Source of the DNA: Haliotis cracherodii
Lineage: Eukaryota
Assembly: GCF_022045235.1 (NCBI RefSeq)
Contig: NW_027266271.1
Span: 29,574,001 to 29,638,000, forward strand
Reading direction: 5' to 3'
Length of the DNA stretch: 64,000 nucleotides
Translations under genes and position numbers: made by a program
Shown here: positions 25,161-38,200 of the stretch, one piece after another
How the letters are laid out: each line of letters starts with the position of its first letter
How positions within the stretch are numbered: position 1 is the first letter of the stretch
The notes under the pieces: generated by a model
The model's database searches: none
Seen by the model: the letters and a program-made list of their open reading frames with translations, nothing else
Told to the model about the DNA's origin: nothing

Positions 25161-25940
25161 TTAAGCCTCAGTGACACAGACAATGCGACCGCGATGAAAC
25201 CTCCATTCATGGGCCAGCTCAGAATGGAGCATCGGGCTTTCCTCACACATTAAGCTGACACGCCGCGATATAACTGGAATACTGTTAAAAGCGGCGTTAA
25301 ACCCAACTCACTCATTCACTCACTCCTCATCAGGTGTCCGCCTCTTCTTTTGTTGAGATGTTGTTGGCTCTGGCTCCATTGTAGCAGACCTGTGCACCAC
25401 AGCAGTTGTCTCTAGTGTATCTTCTACAGTTTCTGGTTCTTTTGTGTTCCTGCCTTTACGGACCATAGTGATGAATGGAAATAATTGATGTGAACTCTCT
25501 GAGTACTTATGACAAAATGATGATGTAATGCACAGACAGGTCTTTCTCCGGACGGTGACATGTTGCATACCCAACGGCCAGTGATCGACGCACGCTTGGA
25601 AACCACTTTGCAACCAATCGACAACCAGTCACCGATGATAAGCCGGTGGATCACTGCCTCATCACTGATCAATCACCGATAGGTCGCCACTAGGTTGCAA
25701 AGAGTCAACACCCTTGTGTGTAGACGAAACCGATCGCCGCACAGTGGAAACCAATCTGCGATTAGAATAACACCACTTGGGGACCTCCAAGCGACCAAAT
25801 CGGTCGCAGCCAGTCTTTTGTGCATGTTCAAAAGACTGGTTGCGACCGAATGGGTTTTGCGACCGCTCTGAAACCTTGTAGCGACCTCAGTGAAACCTTT
25901 CAGAGACCCTTGAAACCTCATTGCGATTGTCAATTATTTT
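25161..25940. mobile_element. Non-autonomous DNA element body, interrupted by a family B SINE 3' end (~25230-25325)
   Basis: TIR at 25161; GCGACC/GGTCGC-rich internal repeats. Confidence 0.5.
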
Positions 25941-26027
25941 GACTGTGTTCATGTTTAAAATTTCAGTCGATAATGTGCCAAATCATATATCCAACAAGAC
26001 TGAGTATTTGTGTCTTTACATCTTATA

Positions 26028-27486
26028 TACTGAACAACAAAAGTTCCTGTGACATTGAATAAGAGTTAATGCAAACTTCTGTTTTTTACCAAATCTGAAA
26101 TAATTTCGGTTTGCAACAGATAAAAGACTCCTGCATTAAGTGTTCAAATGGTTTAATTTGCCTTACTGACTTCAGAAAATGCGTGATTTCATAACAAACA
26201 TGAACATGCCAAAATGTCAATTTACAAATCAATAGCGTGTGCAAGCAAGCAACACATCTTCGTCTCATGGAATGGACCAGGCGTCGCACAAAGTCCTGTG
26301 GGATACTTGTCCATACCTGCTGGAGCATGTTTCGAAGTTCCTGGAGTGTCTGTTGAACACGTGGTTGACGTCGAAGGCGCCGATCCATCTCTTTCCACAT
26401 GTGCTCGATTGGTTAGAGATCAGGGGAGCGAGCCGGCCAGGGTATTTACATTCACGTTGTTTTGTTGAAGGGAATCCTGAACAAGTCGAGCAACATGAGA
26501 CCGGGCGTTGCCATGTTGAAAGGTAATGCCTGGGCCATGACGACGCAAAAATGGTAGCACAACAGGGCCGATGATCTCGTCGCGGTTGCGCTGTCCATTG
26601 AGATTTCCCTATCAAACGGGTCCTCTGTCTTGCTGTAATCCCACCCTATACCATAACGCTGCCGCCCCCGAAACGATCTTCTTCCACGACACAATGATTG
26701 ACGTAACATTCACCCCGACGTCGGAACACTTGAATCCGTCCATCGCTGTGGCTGAGGTGAAAACGAGACTCGTCAGTGAATAGAACTTGTCCCCACTGCA
26801 TGGCCGTCCAGCGTAGACGCTGTCTGCACCACCGTAGACGTGCTTGACGGTGGTTCCCTGTCAAAATGGGACGTCTGGCGGGTCTTCTGGCGACAATCCC
26901 TGCACATCTGAGGCGACGACGTATGGTCTGTGAAGATATTCGTCGAAGGCCAGGGATGATTCTTGCAGTCACTGTTGCTGGCTGGAATCGATTTCGTCGA
27001 TTATTGGTTACGCATGGCCTGCCACTCTGCGTATGGTCTCTGACTGCATTCGTATGTTGCCAACGTTGCCATAAACACCAAATGGTGTTTCTGTGGACGT
27101 TAAATTCTCTTGCAACATTACGTTGACTCGATCCTGCTTCTAGCATACCAATGGCTCGCAGACGCTCATTTTCGGACAGTCGTGGCATTTCGTAATGTTG
27201 AATAATTGCATAAGTTTGTTGTTTTTCTGAGTGGTTGTTGTCAGCACGATGCTAAACAATGCAAATGGATTCCCGTTAACGCATATGTTTTTATATCCAT
27301 TCTTGGGTAGTGAAATGCATGAGGCTTGCATAAAAGTCGACTTTTGCATGGAATGCATGCTTTAATGTAGCAGTTGCGTTTTGGTAACTTGATTCCATAC
27401 ATGTACTACAATATTGAAAACCAAACTTTATTTGTTTGAAAAATACACTAAAATATTGGTGTCACAGGAACTTTTGTTGTTGAGTA
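26028..27486 (-). mobile_element. Full-length but defective Tc1 transposon
   Basis: TIR TACTSAACAACAAAAGTTCCTGTGACA at both ends with TA target duplication. Transposase starts at ATG 27188 (paired HTH, FTDES), then frameshift, QHGNAR (catalytic D to G) and SPDL*PIEH stop. Confidence 0.93.
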
Positions 27487-27788
27487 TATTTTGTTTCTTT
27501 ACTTCTGTAAATATGTTCTAAATGTTACAGGTGTATTTATGTAAACGGATTGTGTGTATGTCCACTACATTGTCTTTGTTCAGTAATTACTAGATAGATA
27601 TACTAGTAGATAGATATTTTATTCGGTATTTAAGGCCAGATATTACTCATTACTATTCATATTGAGAATCTCACCCAAGTGTCTTTTGATATCATCATTT
27701 CATTGTGACGTCATGATAACCAATTGCGTCACAATGGTCTGCAAAGCAATTTCATTGCAGCGATATCTACAATGTAGATTATATAGAG

Positions 27789-27867
27789 AATACTACACTC
27801 ATTCTCGTTAGATACCATTTTTACGGGTTTCGTAAAAATGGTATCTAACGATAATGAGTGTGGTATT
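27789..27867. repeat. Near-perfect palindrome (37-bp arms, 5-nt loop)
   Basis: AATACTACACTCATTCTCGTTAGATACCATTTTTACG / CGTAAAAATGGTATCTAACGATAATGAGTGTGGTATT. Confidence 0.85.
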
Positions 27868-28210
27868 TCATCTATTACCCACGTTAAATATATATTTAAG
27901 TGTAAATAAATAACAACTTCCGTTCGTTGACAGACCAAACTGAAACCGGTTGCAAAATCTGGTTGCGCATGAATATTGACATATGCCCAAGTATCGGCAT
28001 TATTGACATTTCTATGCATACGAATTAACAACATAGGCCTGCAGTTGTGTTGCAAACAAAACAGCACCGACGCTCAAGATCCTTTTGGAAGAATGTCTTC
28101 AACTTGTGGTAGGTAATTCAAGCGCATTGTCGTTATTACGCAGGATACCTATAAGAAAATTGTAAAAGTCACATTAGCGCCGCGCTTTGAATATCGGACC
28201 AACGATCTGT

Positions 28211-28320
28211 CCACAGGAACTCGTTATTGGTCAGTAAATAAAAATATATACCCCCTAGTTGTAAGTAGAGATATAGGGGGCATATATTTTTATTTACTGA
28301 CCAATAACGATTTCCTGTGG
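28211..28320. repeat. Near-perfect palindrome (~47-bp arms), MITE-like
   Basis: CCACAGGAACTCGTTATTGGTCAGTAAATAAAAATATA..CCCCCTA / TAGGGGG..TATATTTTTATTTACTGACCAATAACGATTTCCTGTGG. Confidence 0.85.
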
Positions 28321-29361
28321 GTCTTTCGCTCGCACTGCCGGGGGTGGGGGTAGGGGTGGGGGGCCCGGCTTTACAATCAAAATGGTTCGGTTTCCTTGAT
28401 CTATTAGCTGAATTTATATCCTGTCCGTACCATTTTGGAAGAGGGGAATCAGAGTGTTCGACAAAGACATTCACTTCTATGGAGTTTTCGAATGATTTGT
28501 ATCGTAAAAGGTTCACCTTTAGTGATGTGATCGTGCAGTCGTCTATGTTCATTCATGAACAAACACCTCCGGGAGCAATGTCACAAAATACGCTTCGAAT
28601 GGCGACACTGATGGCACAACCGGAGCATCGAACGTAAGTCTAGATATATGTCCAGATAGTTTAAACTGACATCTTTTCACCACGCTTAAACTTTTACGTT
28701 AAATCAAATTGAAAGTCGCGAACGTGATCGGACGTGCGTCACGCTCATTGGGACCCTCGATCCATCGGTAGACATTGCATATGGATATGCATGGCTCGAT
28801 TATATAATGTCTGCAGTAGCTCTATGCATAACTAATATAGAATGCAAAGCGAATTTAATGCGTGTGACTATCTTGTTTGGTTTAATAAAGTGTGTGTAAA
28901 TGTCTCTCGCTTTCGTGAGATTGTTTAGTTCTGTTTGGTAGTTGAGGAAACGAATGACGCCTCGCGATTTTTTTATGAATGAAAAAAGTAGTTCCGGTGT
29001 GACAGAGGCCCCGGTTATCCAATCAAAACGAATAAAACGAGGTCAACCTTGTACGACACACGTGTGACGTACGGATTAAGTATCTTACCACCTGTACCTT
29101 CACCACGTGGATAATAAATTACTCTTAGCTGACCTGTGTATATGTTGGCCACACGGCCAATTCTTGTTGTGTTTCTTGTTAAATTAAATTTCTTGATAAA
29201 ATCTTCTCTTTTATTTTACTTTGTATCGAAACCTATGAAGTATTTAAGCCTGTAAGTAACAGACTCGCCGTTGTGTCGGGGAGTGTACGTGGGAAGGGAC
29301 ATAACTCTGCACGCTACTTTTCCTGATGATACATCTGTTTGTATGTCAGTGAGTCCCCGCG

Positions 29362-29519
29362 ATGTCAGAAGCCGCCCTCCCCGCCACCGTTGCCGACGTC
29401 CCCACCCCGTGTCTGCTGGTGGACATCGACAAGGTGAACAGGAACTGTAAGAGAATGACTGACACTGCCAGGAATATGGGAGTCCAGCTGAGACCGCACG
29501 TCAAGACCCACAAGACCAT
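29362..29519 (+). CDS. DSD1: D-serine dehydratase-like enzyme (fold-type III PLP, alanine-racemase-like barrel), exon 1
   Basis: MSEAALPATVADVPTPCLLVDIDKVNRNCKRM...LRPHVKTHKT (PLP-lysine motif); donor AT|GTAAGT. Confidence 0.92.
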
Positions 29520-31121
29520 GTAAGTAGAGCCGCCATCATACACGCCGTGTCGGCCCCCTTTCTCTGTCTATCGAGCTGTGAGTACATTGTCACGGACACT
29601 GTCTGGCGACACGGGCAGGTGACTTTGTCAGTCGCCGTGTCAACTAAATTGACAGGATTTTGAATATTCAACGTATCGGGGCTTCAAGCATACTTCGACT
29701 GCTGATCCCGTGTCACTGGGAGAGCCGCCCTCCCGCTCAGGGCGTTGACATATTTTAAGGCTGCTTCGTGTGGAAAAGTTGATAGATCAAATCAGACACC
29801 GTAATTGGTATATGATCTCCGATTCAAATCAAACTGTAAGTCCGAAATTGATTAAGTCACCTAGGTTTTTTTCAATGTAGGCAGAACTGGATGCTAGTTC
29901 TGCTGTACATACCCGCAGGGAGGTTGGTACGTCCCCTTTCAGTGGATTAACCTTGGTAAAGAACAATGACGAAAAATATCTTGAGACTGGAATCATGGCA
30001 GTTTTTTTAGTTGGAAATAAAACTACAAAGAAAATTGCAGTCAATAAAGAATCGGTTTATAACAACTAAAAACAATATATACACGTTTAAAACTTGTAGA
30101 TATTGATGAACAGAGAATTCCATCAACAGCACGTATCCTGCAAAGTATCGTAGGCAGTTTGGCAGGGTATAGGTTTTAACAGGGAGTCTGTATACGTTTA
30201 ATATATTCCCTCAGTTAAGTAAGTTGATTATATCTATTTAAGTATTGAGAGTGATGCCAATACAAACTAGGGCAGCAGCTGGGCTTTTATTCCTATGGCC
30301 AACAGCACGGAGTCATTGACATTGTGGATGAGGTGCGGGATACTCGTGGCAGCTGGTCAGTGATCCCATGAAGCTGGCGCGGGGATATATAGGTAATAGT
30401 GTTCTAAGCTTTGTTAAGCCCGCTTGAACCAGCCGCCGTCCTACAATCACCGGATGTCTGTCTCCAACCATCAGAAATATCATCTCCACATCAGCTTTGT
30501 ACAATGAAGCCAACCAGTCATCAATTATTTCAAGGTTACATTTTCATTAATGCGGACGAGTTAGTGAGAATTGCTTTATGTTGTTTTCGGCAATATACCA
30601 CGGCGGTCCATAAATACACTACTCAAACGGGGTAGATCGACACCCGATTCTTTCATATTACTGTAGTTAATCTGTCATACCATTAACTATTATTACTTAA
30701 AACAAAGTTACGTGAACTTTAATGACAGTTGGATAGACGCAATCATTTTGCTAACACTCCAATAGTTCGAGTATGGGTACTAAATCCTCCCATAGTTTTC
30801 CTTGAAACTTCCCCCCCCCCCCCCCCCCCCCCCAATAGTTAAACAAGAGCGGTCACCCTCCAAAGGTAGAGCATAGTATAGTGAACATCACTTGAAGATT
30901 AGTTTGGGACATTAACTTGATCGAACTTTGTTATAAGTAGGAGAAAGTCCTCAATCCCGCGATTATTTTCGGACATTCTCCTAACATAACTACCGTAATA
31001 TGGAAGGATCGGGTGTTACTTCACTCCTTTTGAGTTGTATAATTTAATCTGGTGCAGGCAAATTAGGTGATGGTATGAAAAGTGGTTATCGGCAACATCA
31101 ATTCATCACTCATTAGCAACC

Positions 31122-31387
31122 GACCCGTGAAGATCCGGGGTAGAATCGGTCTTTAGCAACCCATGCTTGCCGTACAAGGTAACTATGCTTGCAGTAAAAG
31201 GCGACTAAGGGGATCAGGTGGTCAGATTCGCTGACTTGGTTGATGCATGTCATCGTATCCCTATTGTGTAGATCGATGCTCATGGTGTCCATCACTGGAT
31301 TGTCTAGTCCAGACTCGATTATTTACAGACCGCCGTCATATAGCTGTAAAATAGCTGAGTGCGGCGTTAAACAACAAACAAACAAAC
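31122..31387 (+). mobile_element. Structured short retroposon, family A (full length)
   Basis: Starts GACCCGTGAAGATCCGGGG, ends GCTGAGTGCGGCGTTAAAC-(AAAC)n. Confidence 0.85.
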
Positions 31388-31424
31388 ATGAGCCGGCCCC
31401 AATCCCTCCGTGTTTGTCCTCCAG

Positions 31425-31562
31425 AGAGGGCGGGGACATCACGACTGCCGGCACCAGGAGGAAGATCGTTGTCGCCACTCTCAATGAAGCGGAATTCTTC
31501 GCTGCAAATGGCTACGATGACATTCTTTATGGTTTCCCGATATCGAAGGAAAAAATACCCAG
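31425..31562 (+). CDS. DSD1: D-serine dehydratase-like, exon 2
   Basis: EGGDITTAGTRRKIVVATLNEAEFFAANGYDDILYGFPISKEKIPR; phase 2/2. Confidence 0.92.
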
Positions 31563-32249
31563 GTGAGACATGTGAATGCTTTAGACCTTACAGAAGACTT
31601 AACAGATCCATGAAATCGTTTATTATATAATACATTTCTCTCCTTTAAAACATAATTCTTTATCGGAATTTATAGGAGCTTGATTTTTGTAATCTAGACT
31701 GAGTTTTGTTTCATAAAGTACATTCATTGCACAGCCAGGGAGGATAACGAACCTGATGACAACCATCTATTGCCTTTCCGCAGCACTGAGCGTTAATTGC
31801 CTGTGTTGTGTACTTAGCCTTGCTCCAAGACTGTACTGAAAGAAAAGTCCATGGATGTGTAGTAATTCTATCCTCCTAATAGGCAAGTCTAGATACGTGG
31901 CCACGAGGATGGTTTTCTCTTATAGGGACAACATGTTCTTATCATTTACATAATCAAGAACTTTTGATTTAAGCTAATCATTATTGCCTTAGGGACTTGT
32001 GCCAGTCTAGGTTGTACTCAACTCAACAAAGTCAGTTTACTGCTGCCTCAGATCATACAGTGACTGACGAAGCGTGACATTAATGTAAATTTAAATTGAC
32101 GATGTCACGGACAGGTGGCGGTGTGTACATAGTCTGCATCAGCAACAGCAGCTATTGTTGTTGAAGGATGCTTTCCAATATAACAGCAATAAATCTACTA
32201 ATAAGGAACAGATAACATCTGTTCTAAATTTAACAACTGGTATAATTAT

Positions 32250-33100
32250 CCGAGGTGGGAGATTTAGGAATATAGTCTTCAAGTACATTCTTTTTGAAGA
32301 GCCTGTAAAATATACCGTAAACGGAGATGGTTATGTCTGTTTAGACTGATCAGAATAGCAAGCTCAATGGTACATTTTAAAGGGTAGAAAACATTGTTCA
32401 TTCCACACGTAACTTCAACCAAAATTATTCAGAGAGTTTCTTATATGTTCAGTCCAGTTATGTTTAAACATATCATCGAAACTCATTCTATACAATAAAG
32501 CAGATACTTTAGTATGTTCGCCAGTTAGAAATTGCCCAGAATAAGATCATTCTTTGCTGGATAACAAATGGCCACCTTTCTAGTACTTTAAAAAAGTCAG
32601 TATATATTTAAGGAAATCTGTAAGAAGTTTTTTAATTAAATCCAATGTTCTAATCCCAATATTTCTGATGCAGAAGTGAATGTTGGTACAACCCTTTGGT
32701 CAAATAACTGTCGGTCTATTGGTAAATTCAGATTTCTCAATCTTACATACAATAAATACAATTGTTTTCGCCCTGTGCAACAAGTGCATTTTTTGCTGTT
32801 AGAAAGTTACATGACTTCTTAATACAATTCCAAGATACTTATACTGGTCAACAATTTAGGAAGTATAACACCTAAAAATATAATTCTCAAAGGACGTTCC
32901 TGATCCAAAGATGACAACGTACTTTTGATTTATCTTCATTTACAGATAAAATATTTCCAGGTTTAACAGCAATCAGCAAAATTATTCAAGTTATGCTGTA
33001 AATCGGAAGTACTTTCTGCAATCAATACAGTATCATCAGCATATGGTTGTTTTATCATATTTTTGCGTAATTCTATAGCATCATCATCAACTATTTTAAC
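32250..33100 (-). mobile_element. Degraded LINE reverse-transcriptase remnant in DSD intron 2
   Basis: Minus-strand YADDTVLI (~33022-33045) and FLGVILP motifs. Confidence 0.6.
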
Positions 33101-33256
33101 TACGGAAGCATTTAAGGGCCATTTATTTTTTTATTTTTTTATTGAAATTTCAAGATATTAAGTTGAAATTTCAAGATACATACTAAGTTGAAATTTCAAG
33201 ATGCTATGTTGAAATTTCAAGAAAAAAAATATAAATGGCCCTAAAAGGCTTCCGTA
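33101..33256. mobile_element. Small MITE
   Basis: TIR TACGGAAGCMTTTWAGGGCCATTTAT at both ends; internal TTGAAATTTCAAGA repeats. Confidence 0.8.
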
Positions 33257-33634
33257 CCATCACAAATATATAAATAACCTTCCAGATCATACAAATAAGG
33301 TGCAGACAACACAGGTGACATGTTTCCCCCATGTGAGAGGATTTACGTTTACTGGAAATACAAGACTTGATATCCTCAGATTTAAACACTTCCCATGTTT
33401 ATTAGACTTAGGTAATGTTTTTTTGCAAAAGACTTTGAGTATTTTTAAATAAATGTACAATATACTTGAATTGTATATTACTTAGAAGTTGGGGAATGAC
33501 GAAGTAGACACAATTAAGGATAACAACTTCTTTATTTACTGTTAAGGCAACGGTATAGATCCCTATACCTTTGTCAGCCTGATCACTAGGATAATATGTG
33601 AAGTACATCTCGATTCCTGTTGCTATGGTTACAG

Positions 33635-33777
33635 GTGTCAGAAGCTGGCCAATCAGCTGTCCGAGTTCCACATCATGTGTGACAGCGTGGAGGCCATGCA
33701 GTGGGTCAAAGATACCCCGCTCAACCCGGACAAGAAGTGGTCAGTCATCATGAAGGTGGACACAGGATATGGGCGAG
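33635..33777 (+). CDS. DSD1: D-serine dehydratase-like, exon 3
   Basis: CQKLANQLSEFHIMCDS...WSVIMKVDTGYGR; phase 2/1. Confidence 0.92.
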
Positions 33778-35254
33778 GTGTGTGTCGAGTTGTTGTCTGT
33801 AGGAATATAGTATGGTGCATGAATATATATATTTACACATCAAAGTGACGGTATCCCTCACTCTCCTACCCAGAGTTCCATGCGACCACCCTAGTCCCGC
33901 TGCAACAGGCCAGCGCCATACACTTCAGTCATTTAAAAACCTTAACAGAATCTTTAAACAATCTGAAAAATACAAACAAAAGTAATGACAGATGTTTGAG
34001 GTCACTAAAATTCTTTATCATATATTTGGATATGATAATATACAAAATCAAATTTAAAAAACATACGATGCCGGTTTTGGAAGCGAAAGAATACAAGTCT
34101 CGATTGGCGAGTTAAATGATAAATTCACAGTTTATAACGAAACATTGTCAAAAGAACAACTAACGACAAGAAGCGATTTTAACTCCACAAATGACCATCT
34201 GTCATTATTTTGCCTTGCCAATGTGGTACTAACGTAATTAGTAACAATTTGTGTACGGGCCAGACCCTTACGAGGGGAGACAATTTACGGGGATGTACAT
34301 TGTAGCTCTTGCATGACATTACTTCCTTCAAAGTGTTATGTTCACTTAAATGAAAATATCAATTCCAGAAAACTCAATCTTTCACACTGAAGTATATAAT
34401 AAAATGCTCAGCGAGAATTACTGAAAACGATGGTACCCATATGTGTGGGTAATACTATTTTTGATTCTATTGTCTATGTAAAACACTGCTGTACGCATGT
34501 CTGTGTGGCATACAGTCACACTGTGGTACTTCCTTTTTAAGGATCAAACACGACTCCGAGGTTTTGGTTGAACATGTAAAACCGCCAGCGAGGGAAGAGC
34601 TTTCCCCAGCTCGAGGTTTTACATTTTCAATCAAATCCGTGGAGGAGTGTTTTATCCAACATGAACCGTCTAAATGCAAGAAATGTCAAAATAAAAAACA
34701 ACATCGAGATACTTTACTGTGAAACAATAGTTTGTGGTGGTATATTAGGAATTTGATGAAAGCGTGCAAGGGAAAAGACCACGTAGAGCATGCACACAAC
34801 TGAAGTCATGACATGTAAGAGTGAATAACCGTTCATCACCTGCCCCGGTGGCTCAGTGGGAAAACAATTGGTTACAAAACTTAAGTGTGCAGGCTCGATT
34901 CACATCGTGGAATTTTCATGTAAAAAGCAATTGTGGCTTTTAACCAATCAGAGTTTCATGTCAAAAGGTCAGTTTATGAAACTTCAAATGTAAAATCTAT
35001 GGATTGCAATTCAAATGTAAAATCTTAAGGCAGGTCTTAAAAAATGTAAAACCCCTAAGCAGGTCTTAAAATTCAAATGTAAAACCTCTGTGCAGGTCTT
35101 ACTTGAAAGTAGTAACTCTACAATAGGCACAAATGGCAGGAAGTTTATAAGGAGAGTCAAATGGGAATGAACGCCTCACAAATCTTGTCGCTGGCTTGAG
35201 CTTTGCCGGTCGGTCTGGTAATACCGAAAGTTACTACAGCTTCGTACAGCGGTT

Positions 35255-38200
35255 TAAGAGAGAGGGAAATGCTGAAGAGGAAAGTAAAGAGAGAGTTTAA
35301 GGCTGAGAGGGGAAAGTAAAGAGAGAGGGAAGGCTGAAGAGGAAAGTAAAGAGAGAGGGATAGACTGAAGAGGAAAGTAAAGAGAGGGATAGACTGGCTG
35401 AAGGGGAAAGTAAAGAGAGAGGGATAACCTGAAGGGGAAAGTAAAGAGAGAGGGAAGGATGAAGAGGAAAGTAAAGAGAGAGAGGGATAGGCTGAAGAAA
35501 GTGAGGAGAGAGGGGAAGGCTGAAGAGAAAAGTAATGAGGGGGGAAGGCTGAAGGGGAAAGTAAAGAGGGAGGGAAAGGCTGAAGAGGAAAGTAAAGAGG
35601 GAGGGATAGGCTGAAGGGGAAAGTAAAGAGAGAGTGATAGGCTGAAGGGGAAAGTAAAGAGAGAGTGATAGGCTGAAGGGGAAAGTAAAGAGAGAGGGAT
35701 AGGCTGAAGGGGAAAGTGAAGAGGGAGGGAAAGGCTGAAGGGGAAAGTGAAGAGAGGGGAAGACTGAAGAAGAAAGTAAAGAGGGAGGGGAAGGCTGAAG
35801 AAGAAAGTAAAGAGAGAGGGGAAGGCTGAAGAAGAAAGTGAAGAGAGGGGAAGGCTGAAGAAGAAAGTGAAGAGAGAGGGGAAGGCTGAAGAGGAAAGTA
35901 AAGAGAGAGGGATAGGCTGAAGGGGAAAGTGAAGAGAGAGGGATAGGCTGAAGGGGAAAGTAAAGAGAGAGGGAAAGGCTGAAGGGGAAAGTGAAGAGGG
36001 AGGGGAAGGCTGAAGGGGAAAGTGAAGAGAGAGGGATAGGCTGAAGAGGAAAGTAAAGAGAGAGGGAAAGGCTGAAGGGGAAAGTGAAGAGGGAGGGGAA
36101 GGCTGAAGGGGAAAGTGAAGAGGGAGGGGAAGGCTGAAGGGGAAAGAAAAGAGAGAGGGATAGGACAAAGGGGAAAGTAAAGAGAGGGGGAAGGCTGAAG
36201 GGGAAAGTAAAGAGGGAGGGGAAGGCTGAAGAAGAAAGTAAAGAGAGAGGGGGAAGGCTGAAGGGGAAAGTAAAGAGAGAGGGATAGGCTGAAGGGGAAA
36301 GTGAAGAGAGAGGGGAAGGCTGAAGAGGAAAATAAAGAGAGAGGGATAGGCTGAAGGGGAAAGTGAAGAGAGAGGGATAGGCTGAAGGGGAAAGTAAAGA
36401 GGAACGGGAAAGCTGAAGGGGAAAGTGAAGAGGGACGGGAAGGCTGAAGGGGAAAGTGAAGAGAGAGGGATAGGCTGAAGAGGAAAGTAAAGAGAGAGGG
36501 AAAGGCTGAAGGGGAAAGTGAAGAGGGAGGGGAAGGCTGAAGGGGAAAGTAAAGAGGGAGGGGAAGGCTGAAGAAGAAAGTGAAGAGAGGGGAAGGCTGA
36601 AGAAGAAAGTGAAGAGAGAGGGGAAGGCTGAAGAGGAAAGTAAAGAGAGAGGGATAGGCTGAAGGGGAAAGTGAAGAGAGAGGGATAGGCTGAAGGGGAA
36701 AGTAAAGAGGGACGGGAAAGCTGAAGGGGAAAGTGAAGAGGGACGGGAAGGCTGAAGGGGAAAGTGAAGAGAGAGGGATAGGCTGAAGAGGAAAGTAAAG
36801 AGAGAGGGAAAGGCTGAAGGGGAAAGTGAAGAGGGAGGGGAAGGCTGAAGGGGAAAGTGAAGAGGGAGGGGAAGGCTGAAGGGGAAAGAAAAGAGAGAGG
36901 GATAGGACAAAGGGGAAAGTAAAGAGAGGGGGAAGGCTGAAGGGGAAAGTAAAGAGAGGGGGAAGGTTGAAGGGGAAAGTAAAGAGGGAGGAAAGGCTGA
37001 AGGGGAAAGTAAAGAGAGGGGAAGGCTGAAGGGGAAAGTAAAGAGAGAGGGATAGGCTGAAGGGGAAAGTGAAGAGAGAGGGGAAGGCCTAAGACGAAAG
37101 TGAAGAGAGTGGGATAGGCTGAAGGGGAAGGTAAAGAGAGAGGGAAAGGCTGAAGGGGAAAGTAAAGAGAGAGGGAAAGGCTGAAGGGGAAAGTAAAGAG
37201 AGAGGGAAAGGCTGAAGGGGAAAGTAAAGAGAGGGGAAGGCTGAAGGGGAAAGTAAAGAGAGAGGGAAAGGCTGAAGGGGAAAGTGAAGAGGGAGGGGAA
37301 GGCTGAAGGGGAAAGTAAAGAGAGAGGGATAGGCTGAAGGGGGAAGTGAAGAGGGAAGGGAAGGCTGAAGGGGAAAGTAAAGAGAGAGGGGAAGGCTGAA
37401 GGGGAAAGTGAAGAGGGAGGGGAAGGCTGAAGGGGAAAGTGAAGAGAGAGGGATAGGCTGAAGGGGAAAGTGAAGAGGGAGGGGAAGGCTGAAGGGGAAA
37501 GTAAAGAGAGAGGGAAAGGCTGAAGGGGAAAGTAAAGAGAGGGGAAGGCTGAAGGGGAAAGTAAAGAGAGAGGGAAAGGCTGAAGGGGAAAGTGAAGAGA
37601 GGGAAAGGCTGAAGGGGAAAGTAAAGAGAGAGGGGAAGGCTGAAGAGGAAAGTAAAGAGAGAGGGATAGGCTGAAGAGGAAAGTAAAGAGAGAGGGATAG
37701 GCTGAAGAGGAAAGTAAAGAGAGAGGGAAAGGCTGAAGGGGAAAGTAAAGAGAGAGGGAAAGGCTGAAGGGGAAAGTAAAGAGAGAGGGGAAGGCTGAAG
37801 AGGAAAGTAAAGAGAGAGGGATAGGCTGAAGAGGAAAGTAAAGAGAGAGGGATAGGCTGAAGGGGAAAGTAAAGAGAGAGGGAAAGGCTGAAGGGGAAAG
37901 TAAAGAGAGAGGGAAAGGCTGAAGGGGAAAGTAAAGAGAGAGGGGAAGGCTGAAGAGGAAAGTAAAGAGAGAGGGATAGGCTGAAGAGGAAAGTAAAGAG
38001 AGAGGGATAGGCTGAAGGGGAAAGTAAAGAGAGAGGGAAAGGCTGAAGGGGAAAGTAAAGAGAGAGGGAAAGGCTGAAGAGGAAAGTAAAGAGAGAGGGA
38101 TAGGCTGAAGAGGAAAGTAAAGAGAGAGAGGGATAGGCTGAAGAGGAAAGTAAAGAGAGAGGGAAAGGCTGAAGGGGAAAGTAAAGAGAGAGGGAAAGGC

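Noticed and set aside
26028-27486. Active Tc1 transposase
   Set aside because: Frameshift, catalytic D-to-G change and an in-frame stop
31122-31240. Assignment of the family A head to a known ribozyme class
   Set aside because: I could not satisfy HDV (P3/L3), hammerhead (GAAA), twister or pistol consensus by eye; left as an unclassified structure
31240-31424. 108-aa ORF upstream part
   Set aside because: Chimera of family A retroposon sequence read into DSD exon 2
35254-36910. Pro/Ser/Leu/Phe-rich minus-strand ORFs
   Set aside because: The pyrimidine strand of the satellite lacks stop codons by composition
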